From Eledone cirrhosa (lineage: Eukaryota): 64,000 bases of DNA. Location: the NCBI GenBank assembly GCA_964016885.1, contig OZ024752.1:14136001-14200000 (forward strand), read 5' to 3'. The notes under the pieces were generated by a model, which saw only the letters and a program-made list of their open reading frames with translations, did no database searches and was not told the origin of the DNA. The translations under genes and the position numbers were made by a program. This document shows, one piece after another, positions 27,525 to 40,977 of this stretch (position 1 is its first letter; each line of letters opens with the position of its first letter).

Positions 27525-28189
27525 TTCGGTTGTTACCACAATTATGGTTTGTATTTATTTTTCTTGATTTATTCTTAAATTGAGTCTAGCAAACCCTATT
27601 GTCTATGTAGTATTTTTTTCACCTTAGCGATTTTGGTCCATTACGATTTGAACATATATATGTATATGTCTGTGTTCGTTTTTCGTTTTTGTTCAGTTAT
27701 AATTATATATATATATATATATATATATTAGGGGGGGTCGACATTTTATATTCTGATTCCACATATTGCTTGGTGTTCATTTTGGTGTGAGAAATAAATT
27801 AACACATTTTAAAAACTATACGATCGTATAACCCCCACTAATTTGGCGTTTTTAATACTGAAAATTTAAGGATCTGTAAGCTTCATTTGTTTTAATGCTA
27901 TTAACTTTGTATTGGTTAAATATTACCTATATTACTTCGTTATAAATTACATGCACCCCTCCCCCACCCCACCCCCAAAAAGCAGTTATTGAAATCTATT
28001 TATATAGTTTTTATTAAATTTCTTTTATAAAATAACCTATAGTAAGAAAAGCACTTTCACCGTATAAATAATATAAATACTTAATGATTATTATGCAATA
28101 ACAAAATCTATGCACGAAACTCAAACGAAATACATGAACAGTGAACACCATAAAATAAGCATTAATAGTATTTACTATTGAATTAAATG

Positions 28190-29985
28190 ACCATTATCTC
28201 TTCCAATCAAAGTAAGATAAACTTTGTGTGATTTCTGTACATTTAATATGAATTTGTGCCCATTTTCGTAGGTTCTTCTGACTTTCGAAGCTTTTGCCAC
28301 TAAATTGAAAGCATGTTCGACTCCTTGGCTATGACAAGGAAGAGGTATTGCTATTTAATGGTCCTCAACAAGCTTTAAGATCATCATTTGTAAAGTTCCG
28401 TAAAACTGGAGGGGATATTATAACTTCATTTTCCCAGTTTATCAAATCAACATAATCCTGTGCTTCAAAACTAAGTTTGCTTGGTAGTTTGAAATTTCGT
28501 AATTCTTCACGGGGCATTCGGGGAAAGTTCTTGCTTTAATAATTCACTGAATTGCTACTTCCCTAATTTGTCTTCTTACATCATTCAGCAAATATTCTCC
28601 GGATGGGCAAAATACGAATTAGTTTTTAACGATTTCTCCATAACTTATGATCTTCGTTCATATCTTGCATTAGATGTGCCAAATACCAAAAAATATTTGC
28701 GCCTTCATGTAACTTTGGGTGAGATTTAATCCAGAACCAGCTTGGAGCATAAACTTGCGTTATGATTTTAACAAGGTCCATAATATTCTTATGGGGATTT
28801 TTTTTCTGAAACATATAAGCGGAGAATTCTGGTTGTACATGTTAACCACCTTGCATGATGGATGTTACCAGGTGATCTTGCTCCTACCAGCTCAAAAAGA
28901 AACCCTGTCTCAACACTGAGGCACATTTCATACATATATTTTTGATCTGAGCTTAAAGTATCAACTTCTAATGGCAATTCCTTCACTTTAGTCTTCACTG
29001 GAGTACATTTGATCCTCTTTAAGTTTATGACATCTTCTTTAATTTTATTGCCAATTAAGCCTTTTGATGTTCGTGGTTCTGTTGATTTGCCATCTATGGA
29101 TTCAAATACGTCTCGAAACGGAAGCTCATTGTATGTAGCAGGCATATCAGCCACTGAAGTGGTTTATTAAAGTATAATTCAATTATTTTAATTACCCCTC
29201 CTAAATGACCAGTGTTTACTGGAGTGCCATCGCATAATACAGCCTTTAAACTTTCTTGACTCTCAGAATTAATTAAAAAAGTAATAATTTCTTCTGCAAT
29301 GCAAAGAGCTATTCCATTATCTGTGGAAACGTTATCTAAATACTCACCGCAGGGTTCTTTCACAATAACATCGTGCTCATCACCTTATATCCCTCTTGCT
29401 GTTTTAGTTTTATCCTTTCTGCCATCAAAACCGATGCAGTCGAGCTTTGTACTTTCTGTTTTCATTTTTATAATATTGTTTTTTCCAAAGCTTTTTTTTT
29501 TCTCTTTCAACTTTTTTTCTTATCTAGCATATTTGTATCATTTAAAATCCCCATATCTCTTCAAGCTGCATTAACAATGTCAGCAGAAGCTCTGCAACTT
29601 GCTCGATATCTGTCTGCTGTGATGGTTAGATTCTCATAAGTAAATCTGTTTTGTTGGTTTTCTCTCAGTTCATACTCAGGAACAAAGTCGATGTCAACGT
29701 CATCATTGTCATATGAGTCACAACTATCTACATTAATATCACTTGGGCACTGATAACTAGTTGAAGCAATGTCCATGTCTAAGCGCATATTTGCCTTCCT
29801 GATTTCAATCCGGTAACAATCCGGTAGCATTTTTTCGCTCTGGATGAAATTTTTGATATCTTTTCTTCACATTTTCTTATGTATAAATAAAGTCGGAATA
29901 CATCAGCCTTTGATGGGGTCACTGCTGTAGGAAATTCTGCAGGATATCCAAATGGTGGATTACGGCTTTTACTTCTAGTTGCCAT
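28190..29985 (-). pseudogene. hAT-type DDE transposase, frameshifted
   Basis: Motifs across frames: MATRSK..., LCDGTPVNTG, LQWLICLLH (CxxH), LSSDQKY, HARWLT, YAPSWF.IK, FAHPENI, PCHSQGVE. Confidence 0.8.
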
Positions 29986-30002
29986 TATATAATTATATAT
30001 AT

Positions 30003-30192
30003 GGCGGTGAATTGGCAGTATCGGTAGAGGGTCGGACGCCATGCTTTGACGCATAGAGTTACGGCCCTTGCCATTCTGAGTTCAAATCCCGCCGAGGTTA
30101 ACTTTGCCTTTCATCCTTACGGGGTCGATAAAATAAAGTACCAGTAATGTACTGGGTAATTTGCTGGCCTTGTGCCAATAGTAGAAACAATT
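30003..30192 (+). mobile_element. SINE family A inserted in the hAT element with 18-bp TSD
   Basis: TSD attatataattatatata at 29984-30001 and 30190-30207. Confidence 0.92.
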
Positions 30193-30657
30193 ATATAATT
30201 ATATATACTTAAATTATTACCTAAAAAATCACTTAACAAATGTATACATTTTCTAAAAGAAATTAGTTTAACACATATTGAAAAGTTGTAATTTTACCAT
30301 GTTGGAGTGGTACCTACCTACCAATTGACTTGTATCTCAATGTGTTTGCTAGATGTTTTAAACAAGGTTTCTACAGTGAAATATGATCAAATGTTTCATA
30401 TCTATAAGCAATGTATTATATATGTGTTAGAGATTATATGATTAATATAGAAAATTAGGGTAGATGTGGGGGATGTACGGGAGGGGTACAAGGCGCGGGG
30501 TTGGGGTGGGGTGTGGCTTTGTTGTCACATAACCCTAATTTTCATATATTTTATTTTAAATACGAATTGAGACTCTCTGCATACCATGGAATTAAGGTTC
30601 CTTAAAAATGCTTGTATTTCGACCCCCCTAATGCATACACACACGCACACGCACACC

Positions 30658-30794
<137 letters not shown>

Positions 30795-32595
30795 GCCTTC
30801 CAATTTCATTTTACATTATATACATGTCTGTATAATTTTAATTATTTAAGTGAACGTTACATGTGGTTGAACTCACAACTGTGATTTAGAAATTAGTGAC
30901 AATTCCATGGAAACGAATGATAAAAGCAAAATAATGTAATGAGAAAAAGAGGAAGGGTTAAAGATGGGCAGATCTTTCTGTATGGGAGAGTAGAGGAAAT
31001 GACTATAAATGCCATAAATTAGAGGAAAAGGAGAGAAAAAAGCAAGGACTCTTTGAGCCACAGAGGAACGGAAGGGAGAAGGTTAGAGGATGATGGACTC
31101 TGAAGCTTGGGCAGGGTAGTGTTTGGACTGCACCCCGCGGACAAAACTGCAAAGCCTAAAACGAAAAAGAACGAACTAAAAGTCAAACTGTTTCCTGACA
31201 TTATGGCTGAATGCTGAGAAGAAATTCCGTGAAAATAGTCCACGTTTCTGATATACATATTCATTGGTGTTGTACAATTAAACCATTGCATTTATATATA
31301 TTATATATGTACACTTTATCAACAGAATGCGCACATTTGTATAGAACAATGAAAAGCCATATTTTCACATCATAAAATTGTTTGTATAAACATTTTATAA
31401 TACAACTTAATCCAATGGTCGAATCTTGTTTTCCTAATATAATATGAGAGATCTTTGTCCCATAAAATCTTACTAACCTTATCTAAAAATCATTTAATCT
31501 CATGTTTGTTCTATCTCATGGTAAATTTCATAACTTCTATGTAAACAATATTTCTCCCTAACTACTCACTTACAGTACACTATATTACATTGTTTTCCGG
31601 AAAATTATAGAGATACTTTTTTAACGAGAATAATAAAACACTCGTAAAGGTAAGTCCCATTTAACCTCTTTGGTACCGAGTTGTGTTTAGATAATGTTGA
31701 CAACTTTTCATGTACGTTATACATGAATTTGTTTGGGTATTATTTATGATATTTACATCATATGACAGATTGACATTTCCTGATATTACTACGTAATATT
31801 TTGTAATATAATATCAATAACTATTAATTGTAGTTCTGTAATATGATATGAAAAAACTATTTTCGCCATTTATAGCTAGTGTATATATGTTTTGAGTCTC
31901 AAACGCATTTAAAAATAATTGTGTGTCATATAAATCGTGTTTACAGGCATGCTGTAAACACGATTTAATGCTACATACATTATATCGTTCAATACTGCGC
32001 TTCAAACTGCAATATTTTAAGAATAGTTTTAAAATAGCCTTAAATGTTCATAGCATTATAAGAAAAAATTGCATTTTATGAGAAAAGTTGCTGGAAATTA
32101 TTAGTACAGTAGGACCTGTCTTTGTTCGGGAATTATAAATGATTTGGTTCTAAATGGGATTCCATGCAGTTGTACGTTTTATATCTTAAGTTCGAGTGGA
32201 TTACAACAAAAAGGTGGACAATTCATATATACAGATAACAAATTATAGAATAGGATCTAGAGACAAACTTTCCCAGCTCGATGCTAAAACCAAACGTGAT
32301 CAATCTTATAATTATGTTTGGGATTCGTCCATCCGTAACATACGTTACGCTTTCATTACACATGCACACACATCTACACGTAAGTACATAAACAGATACA
32401 CAGACAACAGATGTACACACACACATATACATACACACCACACACTCAGACAGACACATACAGACAGCTACTCATACATATTCATATATAGACATATTAT
32501 ACAAAATAATTATTACATACACATTTATGCAATGGATGAGGGATGGAGGGGCTGGTAAAAGGCTATAGCGATTAGCGTTCCAAAATTGGCAACAC

Positions 32596-33408
32596 TTGTG
32601 TAAGTATATGTGTGTGATTTGTGTAAGTATATGTGTGTGTTTTGTGTAAGTATATGTGTGTGATTTGTGTAAGTATATGTGTGTGTTTAGTGTAAGTATA
32701 TGTGTGTGTTTTGTGTAAGTATTTGTGTGTGTATTGTGTAAGTATATGTGTGTGAGTTGTGTGAGTATATGTGTGTGTTTTGTGTAAGTATATGTGTGTG
32801 TTTTGTGTAAGTATATGTGTGTGATTTGTGTAAGTATATGTGTGTGTTTTGTGTAAGTATATGTGTGTGTTTTGTGTAAGTATATGTGTGTGAGTTGTGT
32901 GAGTATATGTGTGTGTTTTGTGTAAGTATATGTGTGCGATTTGTGTAAGTATATGTGTGTGAGTTGTGTAAGTATATGTGTGTGATTTGTGTAAATATAT
33001 GTGTGTGTTTTGTGTAAGTATATGTGTGTGATTTGTGTAGGTATATGTGTGTGATTTGTGCAAGTATATGTGTGTGTTTTGTGTAAGTATATGTGTGTGT
33101 TTTGTGTAAGTATATGTGTGTGTTTTGTGTAAGTATATGTGTGTGTTTTGTGTAAGTATATGTGTGTGTTTTGTGTAAGTATATGTGTGTGATTTGTGTA
33201 AGTATATGTGTGTGTTTTGTGTAAGTATATGTGTGTGTTTTGTGTAAGTATATGTGTGTGTTTTGTGTAAGTATATGTGTGTGATTTGTGTAAGTATATG
33301 TGTGTGTTTTGTGCAAGTATATGTGTGTGTTTTGTGTAAGTATATGTGTGTGTTTTGTGTAAGTATATGTGTGAGTTTTGTGTAAGTATATGTGTGTGTT
33401 TTGTGTAA
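32596..33408. repeat. 23-bp satellite (tgtgtaagtatatgtgtgtgttt)n, ~35 units
   Basis: Directly visible. Confidence 0.95.
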
Positions 33409-33535
33409 ACGTTGCTAATCACTCTTTGTCAAAACCTTATTGCTAGTGTTTTATATTGATTCAGTTTGATTCTTGTTACGTCGGATATTTTTGTGTAAGT
33501 TGCCTGCTTAGCAACATTTATTTCCAAACGAGGGA

Positions 33536-34145
33536 CACCAGATAAAATAATATAGGACAGAACGTTTGGTGAATATGGCGTCCGACCCTCTACCGATACT
33601 GCCATTCCACCGCCCTTACTGCCAATCCACCACCAGATAAAATAATATAGGACAGGAGGTTGGGTAAATATGGTGTCCGACCCTCTACCGATACTGCCAT
33701 TCCACCGCCCTTACTGCCAATCCACCTCCAGATAGAATAATATAGGACAGAAGGTTGGGTAAATAAGGTGTCCGACCCTCTACCGATACTGCCATTCTAC
33801 CGCCCTTACTGCCAATCCCCCACCAGATAAAATAATATAGGACAGAACGTTAGGTGAATATGGTGTCCGACCCTCTACCGATACTGCCATTCTACCGCCC
33901 TTACTGCCATCCAACACCAGATAAGATAATATAGGACAGATTGTTGGGTAAATATGGTGTCCGACCCTCTACCGATACTGCCAATTCACCGCCCTTACTG
34001 CCAATCCACCACCAGATAAAATAATATAGGACAGAAGGTTGGGTAAATATGGTGTCCGACCCTCTACCGATACTGCCATTCTACCGCCCTTACTGCCATC
34101 CAACACCAGATAAGATAATATAGCACGGAAGATTTGGTGAATATT
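33536..34145 (-). repeat. 95-bp minisatellite containing SINE A heads, ~6 units
   Basis: Unit starts at 33536 and 33631; each contains the reverse complement of ggcggtggaatggcagtatcggtagagggtcggacgccat. Confidence 0.9.
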
Positions 34146-34288
34146 AATTAGGATTTTCATGTCTTTCTGAAAAAATATAAGAGTGTTCACTGAGAGCTGG
34201 CAGAAGATGCAGGGTAAGGATAATTAGACAGGATATAGATACTTAGAAAATGAACAATCGATATTCGATATAATTATTAGAATAAATT

Positions 34289-34500
34289 AATGCTTTCTTA
34301 TATAGGCATAATGCCAGCAATTTTGGGGGGAAGTTAAAGTCGATTAAATCGATCCCAGTGCGTGACTGGTACTTTATTTTATCGACCCGTAAAGATGAAA
34401 GGCAACCTCGGCGGGATTTGAACTCGGATCATAAAGGGCCGTAACACTATGCTGGAAAGCATGGCGTCGGAGCCTCTACCGATACTGCCAATCCAACGCC
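34289..34500 (-). mobile_element. SINE family A
   Basis: Reverse complement of the consensus. Confidence 0.85.
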
Positions 34501-35094
34501 CTTGGAATAAATTAATGAAAACAGTTCTGTTCAAGGTCCGCCGCCCAAACACCTCTAGGCGTAGACCCCATCATTCTCTCCCCATCCTCCTCCCATTCTT
34601 CTGTGACTCAAAAGTCCGTGCTTTTGCCCGCCTTTTCTTCTAATATATGGCATTTATCGTCCGTTCCTCTACATTCCATACAGCCAGATCTGCCTTTCTT
34701 TACCCCTCCCCACATTGTCTCATTACTTAATTTTGTTTATAACATTTTTTTTCATATTTATTGAATCATTTGTGAGTGAAACAACACACCTATTGATAAT
34801 GAACATTTATTTCTCTCGGTAATAAAAAGGAAACAAAATTAGATGACAAGGAAATAGGGTAAGATACCAAGAACTTGAAGAAAGTATAAAATAACCTGTT
34901 TCATATAGACACTTCTCCCAATTTAGATGGATAAGAGAGGATTAATTCTGTAGTTAGGGAAATGATGCATCAAATGTTAAGCAGATAAAATAAGAATACA
35001 CCTAAAATTTCAAAGATTTGAATATGTTTGGGTGCTGCATATAAAGAAAAAACGGATCCCAAAGGGAGTTCAATAAAATTTCTCGCTTTCTTAA

Positions 35095-35518
35095 ATTCGG
35101 TTTTCGTGCCAACGCTTGACTATAGTCATGAATCTTTGGTAATGACCGAAAGAATGCAATCGTGAATACAAGTGACCGAAATAGGATTCCTCTGAAGAGT
35201 CTTTGGAGTAACGTTACTCGATAAATTGCGAAACTTGGAGCCCAGGGAGTCACTCCAATTAGAGCCGCTACTTCTCCGAAGTGAGGGATCACAGATCCGA
35301 TACTATGGACATGAGGTTAGAATGTCTCAGTAAAGAATCGTTGGACAGATTTTACTGACAGAACGAACCACTAAGAGACCCAGGTGTAGACCCCGAGTGA
35401 TTTGGTTAGATGACATCCATGAGCTTGGCTGGTCTCGCTTAGGGGTCCAGCCGGATCGGATCAGTTGGAGATGGTTGTTTCTGACAATATCCGCTAGAAG
35501 GAGTGTTTCAGGAGGCTG
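35095..35518 (+). pseudogene. RTE-like LINE 3' fragment
   Basis: HESLVMTERM..EIGF..RVFGVTLLDKLRN..IEPLLLR.E.SQIRYYGH..RM...RP..RPRV.WLDDI motifs; stops present. Confidence 0.7.
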
Positions 35519-37061
35519 CCACCACAAATGCAACCAATCCACGTACAAACGTGGCTGATGATAAGGAAGCATCCAGATAAAAAGTCCCACGCAAAATTTA
35601 TGAAGAGCACAATCAATGGAAGAATACTGCATCCTTCTCATCAAGCGTAGAAAGCTGAACGTAAAGTAATGGAAATAAAATGACGTGGAGAGGAGGGGGG
35701 GGGGGGGGCTATTTAATTATTAACGGCAAAGAAATAGAAACATGACATTAAAATGTGGGTTTTTAGAAGCATTTAAAAATGAGGAAGAATAAAAATAAAA
35801 ACAAATGCAGCAGGATTAAAATTTAAAATAAAGAAAGTTCGCGGAATGCAGGAAGATCCTCAAGAGATACATTTGAAAAATCTACAAAAAAACCTCCTGA
35901 TGGTTGTTACTTCTGGCGGAAAAACAATGATTTGGCTGTTTCACTCCGCATCATTTCCTTCGCTTAAACAAATGATGTTTCCGTTTTCTCTGCTACTGCT
36001 AACGTTGATGTTGTTGTTACTACGATGGTGGTGGTGGTAGTGAGTGTCTTAAGGAGTAGGGTAGAGTAGATTTATCTCCTCCCACCCCAATACGCTGCCG
36101 ATGTGGCAATGCCGACGCCATGATAATAATTATTTCTACTATAGGCACAAGTTGTGTTTACCGAGTTGTGTTTAGATAATGTTGACAACTTTTCATGTAC
36201 GTTATACATGAATTTGTTAGGGTATTATTTATTATATTTACATCATATGAAAGAATGACATTTCCTGATATTACTACGTAATATTTTGTAATATAATATC
36301 AATAACTATTAATTGTAGTTCTGTAATATGATATGAAAAAACTATTTTCGCACTTTATAGCTGGTGTATATATGTCTCAAACGCATTTAAAAATAATTGT
36401 GTGTCATATAAATCGTGTTTACAGGCATGCTGTAAACACGATGTAATGCTACAAACATTATATCGTTCAATACTGCGCTTCAAACTGCAATATTTTAAAA
36501 ATAGTTTTAAAATAGCCTTAAATGTTCATAGCATTATAAGAAAAAATTGCTGGAAATTATTAGCACAGTAGGAACTGTCTTTGTTCGGGAGATTACAAAT
36601 GATTTGGTTCTAAATGGAATTCCATGCAGTTGTACATTTTATATCTTAAGTTCGAGTGGATTACAACAAAAAGGTGGACAATTCATATATACAGATAACA
36701 AAATATAGAATAGGATCTAGAGACAAACTTTCCCAGCTCGATGCTAAAACCAAACGTGATCAATCTTATAATTATGTTTGGGATTCGTCCATCCGTAACA
36801 TACGTTACGCTTTCATTACACATGCACACACATCTACACGTAAGTACATAAACAGATACACAGACAACAGATGTACACACACACACTCACATACACAACC
36901 ACACACACAGACACATACAGACACATACAGACAGCTACTCATACATATTCATATATAGACATATTATACAAAATAATTATTACATACACTTTATGCAATG
37001 GATGAGGGATGGAGGGGCTGGTAAAAGGCTATAGCGATTAGCGTTCCAAAATTGGCAACAC

Positions 37062-37988
37062 TTGTGTAAGTATATGTGTGTGATTTGTGTAAGTATATGT
37101 GTGTGTTTTGTGTAAGTATATGTGTGTGATTTGTGTAAGTATATGTGTGTGTTTTGTGTAAGTATATGTGTGTGTTTTGTGTAGGTATATGTGTGTGTTT
37201 TGGGTAAGTATATGTGTGTGAGTTGTGTAAATATATGTGTGTGTTTTGTGTAAGTATATGTGTGTGATTTGTGTAAGTATATGTGTGTGTTTTGTGTAAG
37301 TATATGTGTGTGTTTTGTGTAGGTATATGTGTGTGATTTGTGTAAGTATATGTGTGTGTTTTGTGTAAGTATATGTGTGTGTTTTGTGTAAGTATATGTG
37401 TGTGTTTTGTGTAAGTATATGTGTGTGATTTGTGTAAGTATATGTGTGTGTTTTGTGTAAGTATATGTGTGTGTTTTGTGTAGGTATATGTGTGTGTTTT
37501 GGGTAAGTATATGTGTGTGAGTTGTGTAAATATATGTGTGTGTTTTGTGTAAGTATATGTGTGTGATTTGTGTAAGTATATGTGTGTGATTTGTGCAAGT
37601 ATATGTGTGTGTTTTGTGTAAGTATATGTGTGTGATTTGTGTAAGTATATGTGTGTGAGTTGTGCAAGTATATGTGTGTGATTTGTGTAAGTATATGTGT
37701 GTGTTTTGTGTAAGTATATGTGTGTGTTTTGTGTGAGTATATGTGTGTGTTTTGTGTAAGTATATGTGTGTGTTTTGTGTAAGTATATGTGTGTGTTTTG
37801 TGTGAGTATATGTGTGTGTTTTGTGTAAGTATATGTGTGTGATTTGTGTGAGTATATGTGTGTGTTTTGTGCAAGTATATGTGTGTGTTTTGTGTAAGTA
37901 TATGTGTGTGTTTTGTGTAAGTATATGTGTGTGTTTTGTGTAAGTATATGTGTGTGTTTTGTGTGAGTATATGTGTGTGTTTTGTGTA
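37062..37988. repeat. 23-bp satellite, ~40 units (duplicate copy)
   Basis: Directly visible. Confidence 0.95.
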
Positions 37989-38116
37989 AACGTTGCTAAT
38001 CACTCTTTGTCAAAACCTTATTGCTAGTGTTTTATATTGATTCAGTTTGATTCTTGTTACGTCGGATATTTTTGTGTAAGTTGCCTGCTTAGCAACATTT
38101 ATTTCCAAACGAGGGA

Positions 38117-38632
38117 CACCAGATAAAATAATATAGGACAGAACGTTTGGTGAATATGGCGTCCGACCCTCTACTGATACTGCCATTCTACCGCCCTTAC
38201 TGCCAATCCACCACCAGATAAAATAATATAGGACAAAACGTTTGGTGAATATGGTGTCCGACCCTCTCCCGATACTGCCAATCCACGGCCCTTACTGCCA
38301 ATCCACCACCAGATAAAATAATATAGGACAGAACATTAGGTGAATATGGCGTCCGACCCTCTACCGATACTGCCATTCTACCGCCCTTACTGCCAATCCA
38401 CCACCAGATAAAATAATATAGGACAAAACGTTTGGTGAATATGGTGTCCGACCCTCTCCCGATACTGCCAATCCACGGCCCTTACTGCCATCCAACACCA
38501 GATAAAATAATATAGGACAGAACGTTAGGTGAATATGGTGTCCGACCCTCTACCGATACTGCCAATCCACGGCCCTTACTGCCATCCAACACCAGTTAAG
38601 ATAATATAGCACGGAAGGTTTCGTGAATATTA
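38117..38632 (-). repeat. 95-bp SINE-head minisatellite, ~5 units (duplicate copy)
   Basis: Same unit as 33536. Confidence 0.9.
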
Positions 38633-38639
38633 ATTAAGA

Positions 38640-38995
38640 ACGTTACTCGATAAATTGCGAAACTTGCAGACCAGGGAGTCACTCCAATTAGAGCCGCTAC
38701 TTCTCCGAAGTGAGGGATCATAGATCCGATACTGTGGACATGAGGTTAGAATGTCTCAGTAAAGAATAGTTGGACAGATTTTACGGGCAGAACTAACCAA
38801 CAAGAGACCCAGGGGTAGACCCGGAGTGATTTGGTTAGATGACATCCATGAGCTTGGCTGGTCTCGCTTAGGGATCCAGCTGGATCGGATCAGTTGGAAA
38901 TGGTTGTTTCTGACAATATCCGCTAGAAGGAGTGTTTGAGGAGGCTGACCCCAGAACCATTCCAGCATTAAGTGGGAGAAGAAGAAGAAAAAAAA
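38640..38995 (+). pseudogene. RTE-like LINE 3' end with (GAA)n tail
   Basis: Paralog of 35211-35518, ending gaagaagaagaaaa. Confidence 0.7.
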
Positions 38996-40462
38996 AGTGT
39001 ATTTCACATTCTAGAATGTTCAAGTTAATGTTCAACAAAATAAAAAGGGTTCCCAATTCAGCGCTGTGGCTTCATTTTTCTATCGCAAAATTTCCGAATT
39101 GGAACATTAAAATGTTATGGATCCAATAGTATGGAAACTGAAATGTATTCTGTGGGAGTCGTGCCTTCCACAGTCAAGTGGCTGCTTGTCGGTTTTCTGA
39201 CCCTTTTAATCTGAGCACTGGTAGTTGGGTTTCTTTCGGAAATCCTCTCTTGATATGCGCAGGATGGCAAGCCCTGAAATTAAGTTGCCACGAGTTTAAA
39301 ACGAATTGAATTCCCTTGGGCTGACTTAGCCAGCCTTCCAATATTGTTGCGAAGAAGATGGAGCAGTACCGCGTTCTGATCACTCGTGGCAGCAAACGTG
39401 AAAGCCGAATGACTTATGGGAACCAGTGACACACGGGCTGTCTTCAACATTAACTGGCATTGGCTCTGCTGAAGGTGATCTACTCATATGACATACAGTA
39501 TGTCTTATTTTCAAATGTCTATTATGTAGCACTTGCGAAATTCGCAAAATGGATTCATGTAGCAGAATCAATTTTACTGAGATTACCCCTCGTGTTTCTA
39601 GTGATTTTAGTGTCCTGAAAGAATGTGATCTTAGTATTATAATATTGGATAACAATTTTGATTGCCTATATCTGTTTACTGACGTGGATACTTTCTAGAA
39701 TGAAGATATTGATGTAAATATCTGCTTCATCTTTGCACTCAAATAACTCTCTTGTGTCTGCATCTAAATTAGAAATAATCAATTATTATTCTCAGTTAAG
39801 TAAATACATTTGAATCTAACTCCACCAAAAATACTAAAACATTAAATTGCATAGCCATTTAAAGAACATTTCTGCTGTAAAATATCTTAGCCACAGAATA
39901 GACTAACCGTAAATCCTAATTTAGAAGTCTATTTTTAACCCCTATGTTAATACCATTTCTATGAAGAAAATATTTTAGACTCATCTCAAATAATTATCTC
40001 TCGCACGTCTAATTTGTATTTGATTGCATGAATTGATTTCTTTTTCAATTTGGGCTTTCCATGTAATGCTCATGTCATTGTCATCTGATTTAGTTTATAG
40101 TTCGGTCAAGGAAGTGCAAACCGGATGGACAGTTGCATTAATATGGAACATAAATTCACTTCCAGAGATATAAACATATTTTATATTTATAAGAACGACA
40201 TAGAAATACATTAACTTGGGAAATAAAGTCAATATCTAATAAAATAATTTTTCTGAGAGGGTTAAAATGTCGAACGGATTGTTTTATACTATAGAGATTA
40301 ACATGGATTAAATTAAGATTCGGCAGTAGTGAGAACATATATACATCACTTTAGTAGTTTTCACACGTGATGGAGGGCAGGACTCTTAGTTAAATTCAGG
40401 GATTGCTAGAGTCTATAAATTGTTTACATATGCAAGCAGTCTCGCTTAATTATGTCCAGTAC

Positions 40463-40548
<86 letters not shown>

Positions 40549-40739
40549 TTTCTGAATTTGTTTAGCAATATTCTTTATCTGAAAACGTGTGTTGAAACCG
40601 ATATTGTTATACTTTGGGAGGGTCATGTTGCCAATAAGAAACACACGCACCAGTAGGTTTCACTTCAATTTATTATACATTTAGGAATTTATAAATTTCC
40701 GGTTGGTTGGTTCTACAACCAGACGATTGTTCATATATT

Positions 40740-40782
40740 GTCAAAGTTCTTTCGTCACACATTCTGTGACCTCTTCAGTGAC
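40740..40782 (-). ncRNA. Type I hammerhead ribozyme in pLTR
   Basis: gtca-CTGAAGA-ggtcacagaatgtgtgac-GAAA-gaac-TT-tgac. Confidence 0.7.
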
Positions 40783-40977
40783 TGGGATTCTTTTCTTTGT
40801 TGTGCCTCTCCTTTGTTCTGTCCTACGCCATCTTGTTTTTGTGTGTGTTGTGTGCTTAGTTTGCGTATGTGTTACATCCAGGTGTCTGTGTGTGTTTATA
40901 TTTGTTTATTTATTTGTTTATTTACATGTTACTGGTTGGTTGTTTGTTCTATGTGTGTGTGTGTTTTCATTTTGTCC

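Larger units (their letters stand above)
26716..27703. mobile_element. Non-coding HHR-bearing inverted-repeat element (arms ~26785-27145 / 27344-27703)
   Basis: ~360-bp inverted arms; the spacer holds a direct copy of ~26735-26845 at ~27222-27342. Confidence 0.82.
27729..30630 (-). mobile_element. hAT-superfamily DNA transposon (hATm-like), decayed
   Basis: TIRs TAGGGGGGGTCGA...TCGACCCCCCTA enclosing a transposase pseudogene. Confidence 0.8.

Noticed and set aside
32472-33422. 316-aa and 321-aa (37038-38003) T/H/Y-rich ORFs
   Set aside because: Products of the 23-bp satellite, open in all minus frames; no coding signature.
33536-34145. CRISPR-like repeat/spacer array (also 46680-46860)
   Set aside because: Whole units are repeated with no unique spacers; eukaryotic context and no cas genes.
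35846-36040. Duplicated ORF MQEDPQEIHLKNLQK (also 42501)
   Set aside because: The two copies differ by frameshifting indels; similarity is explained by the segmental duplication.
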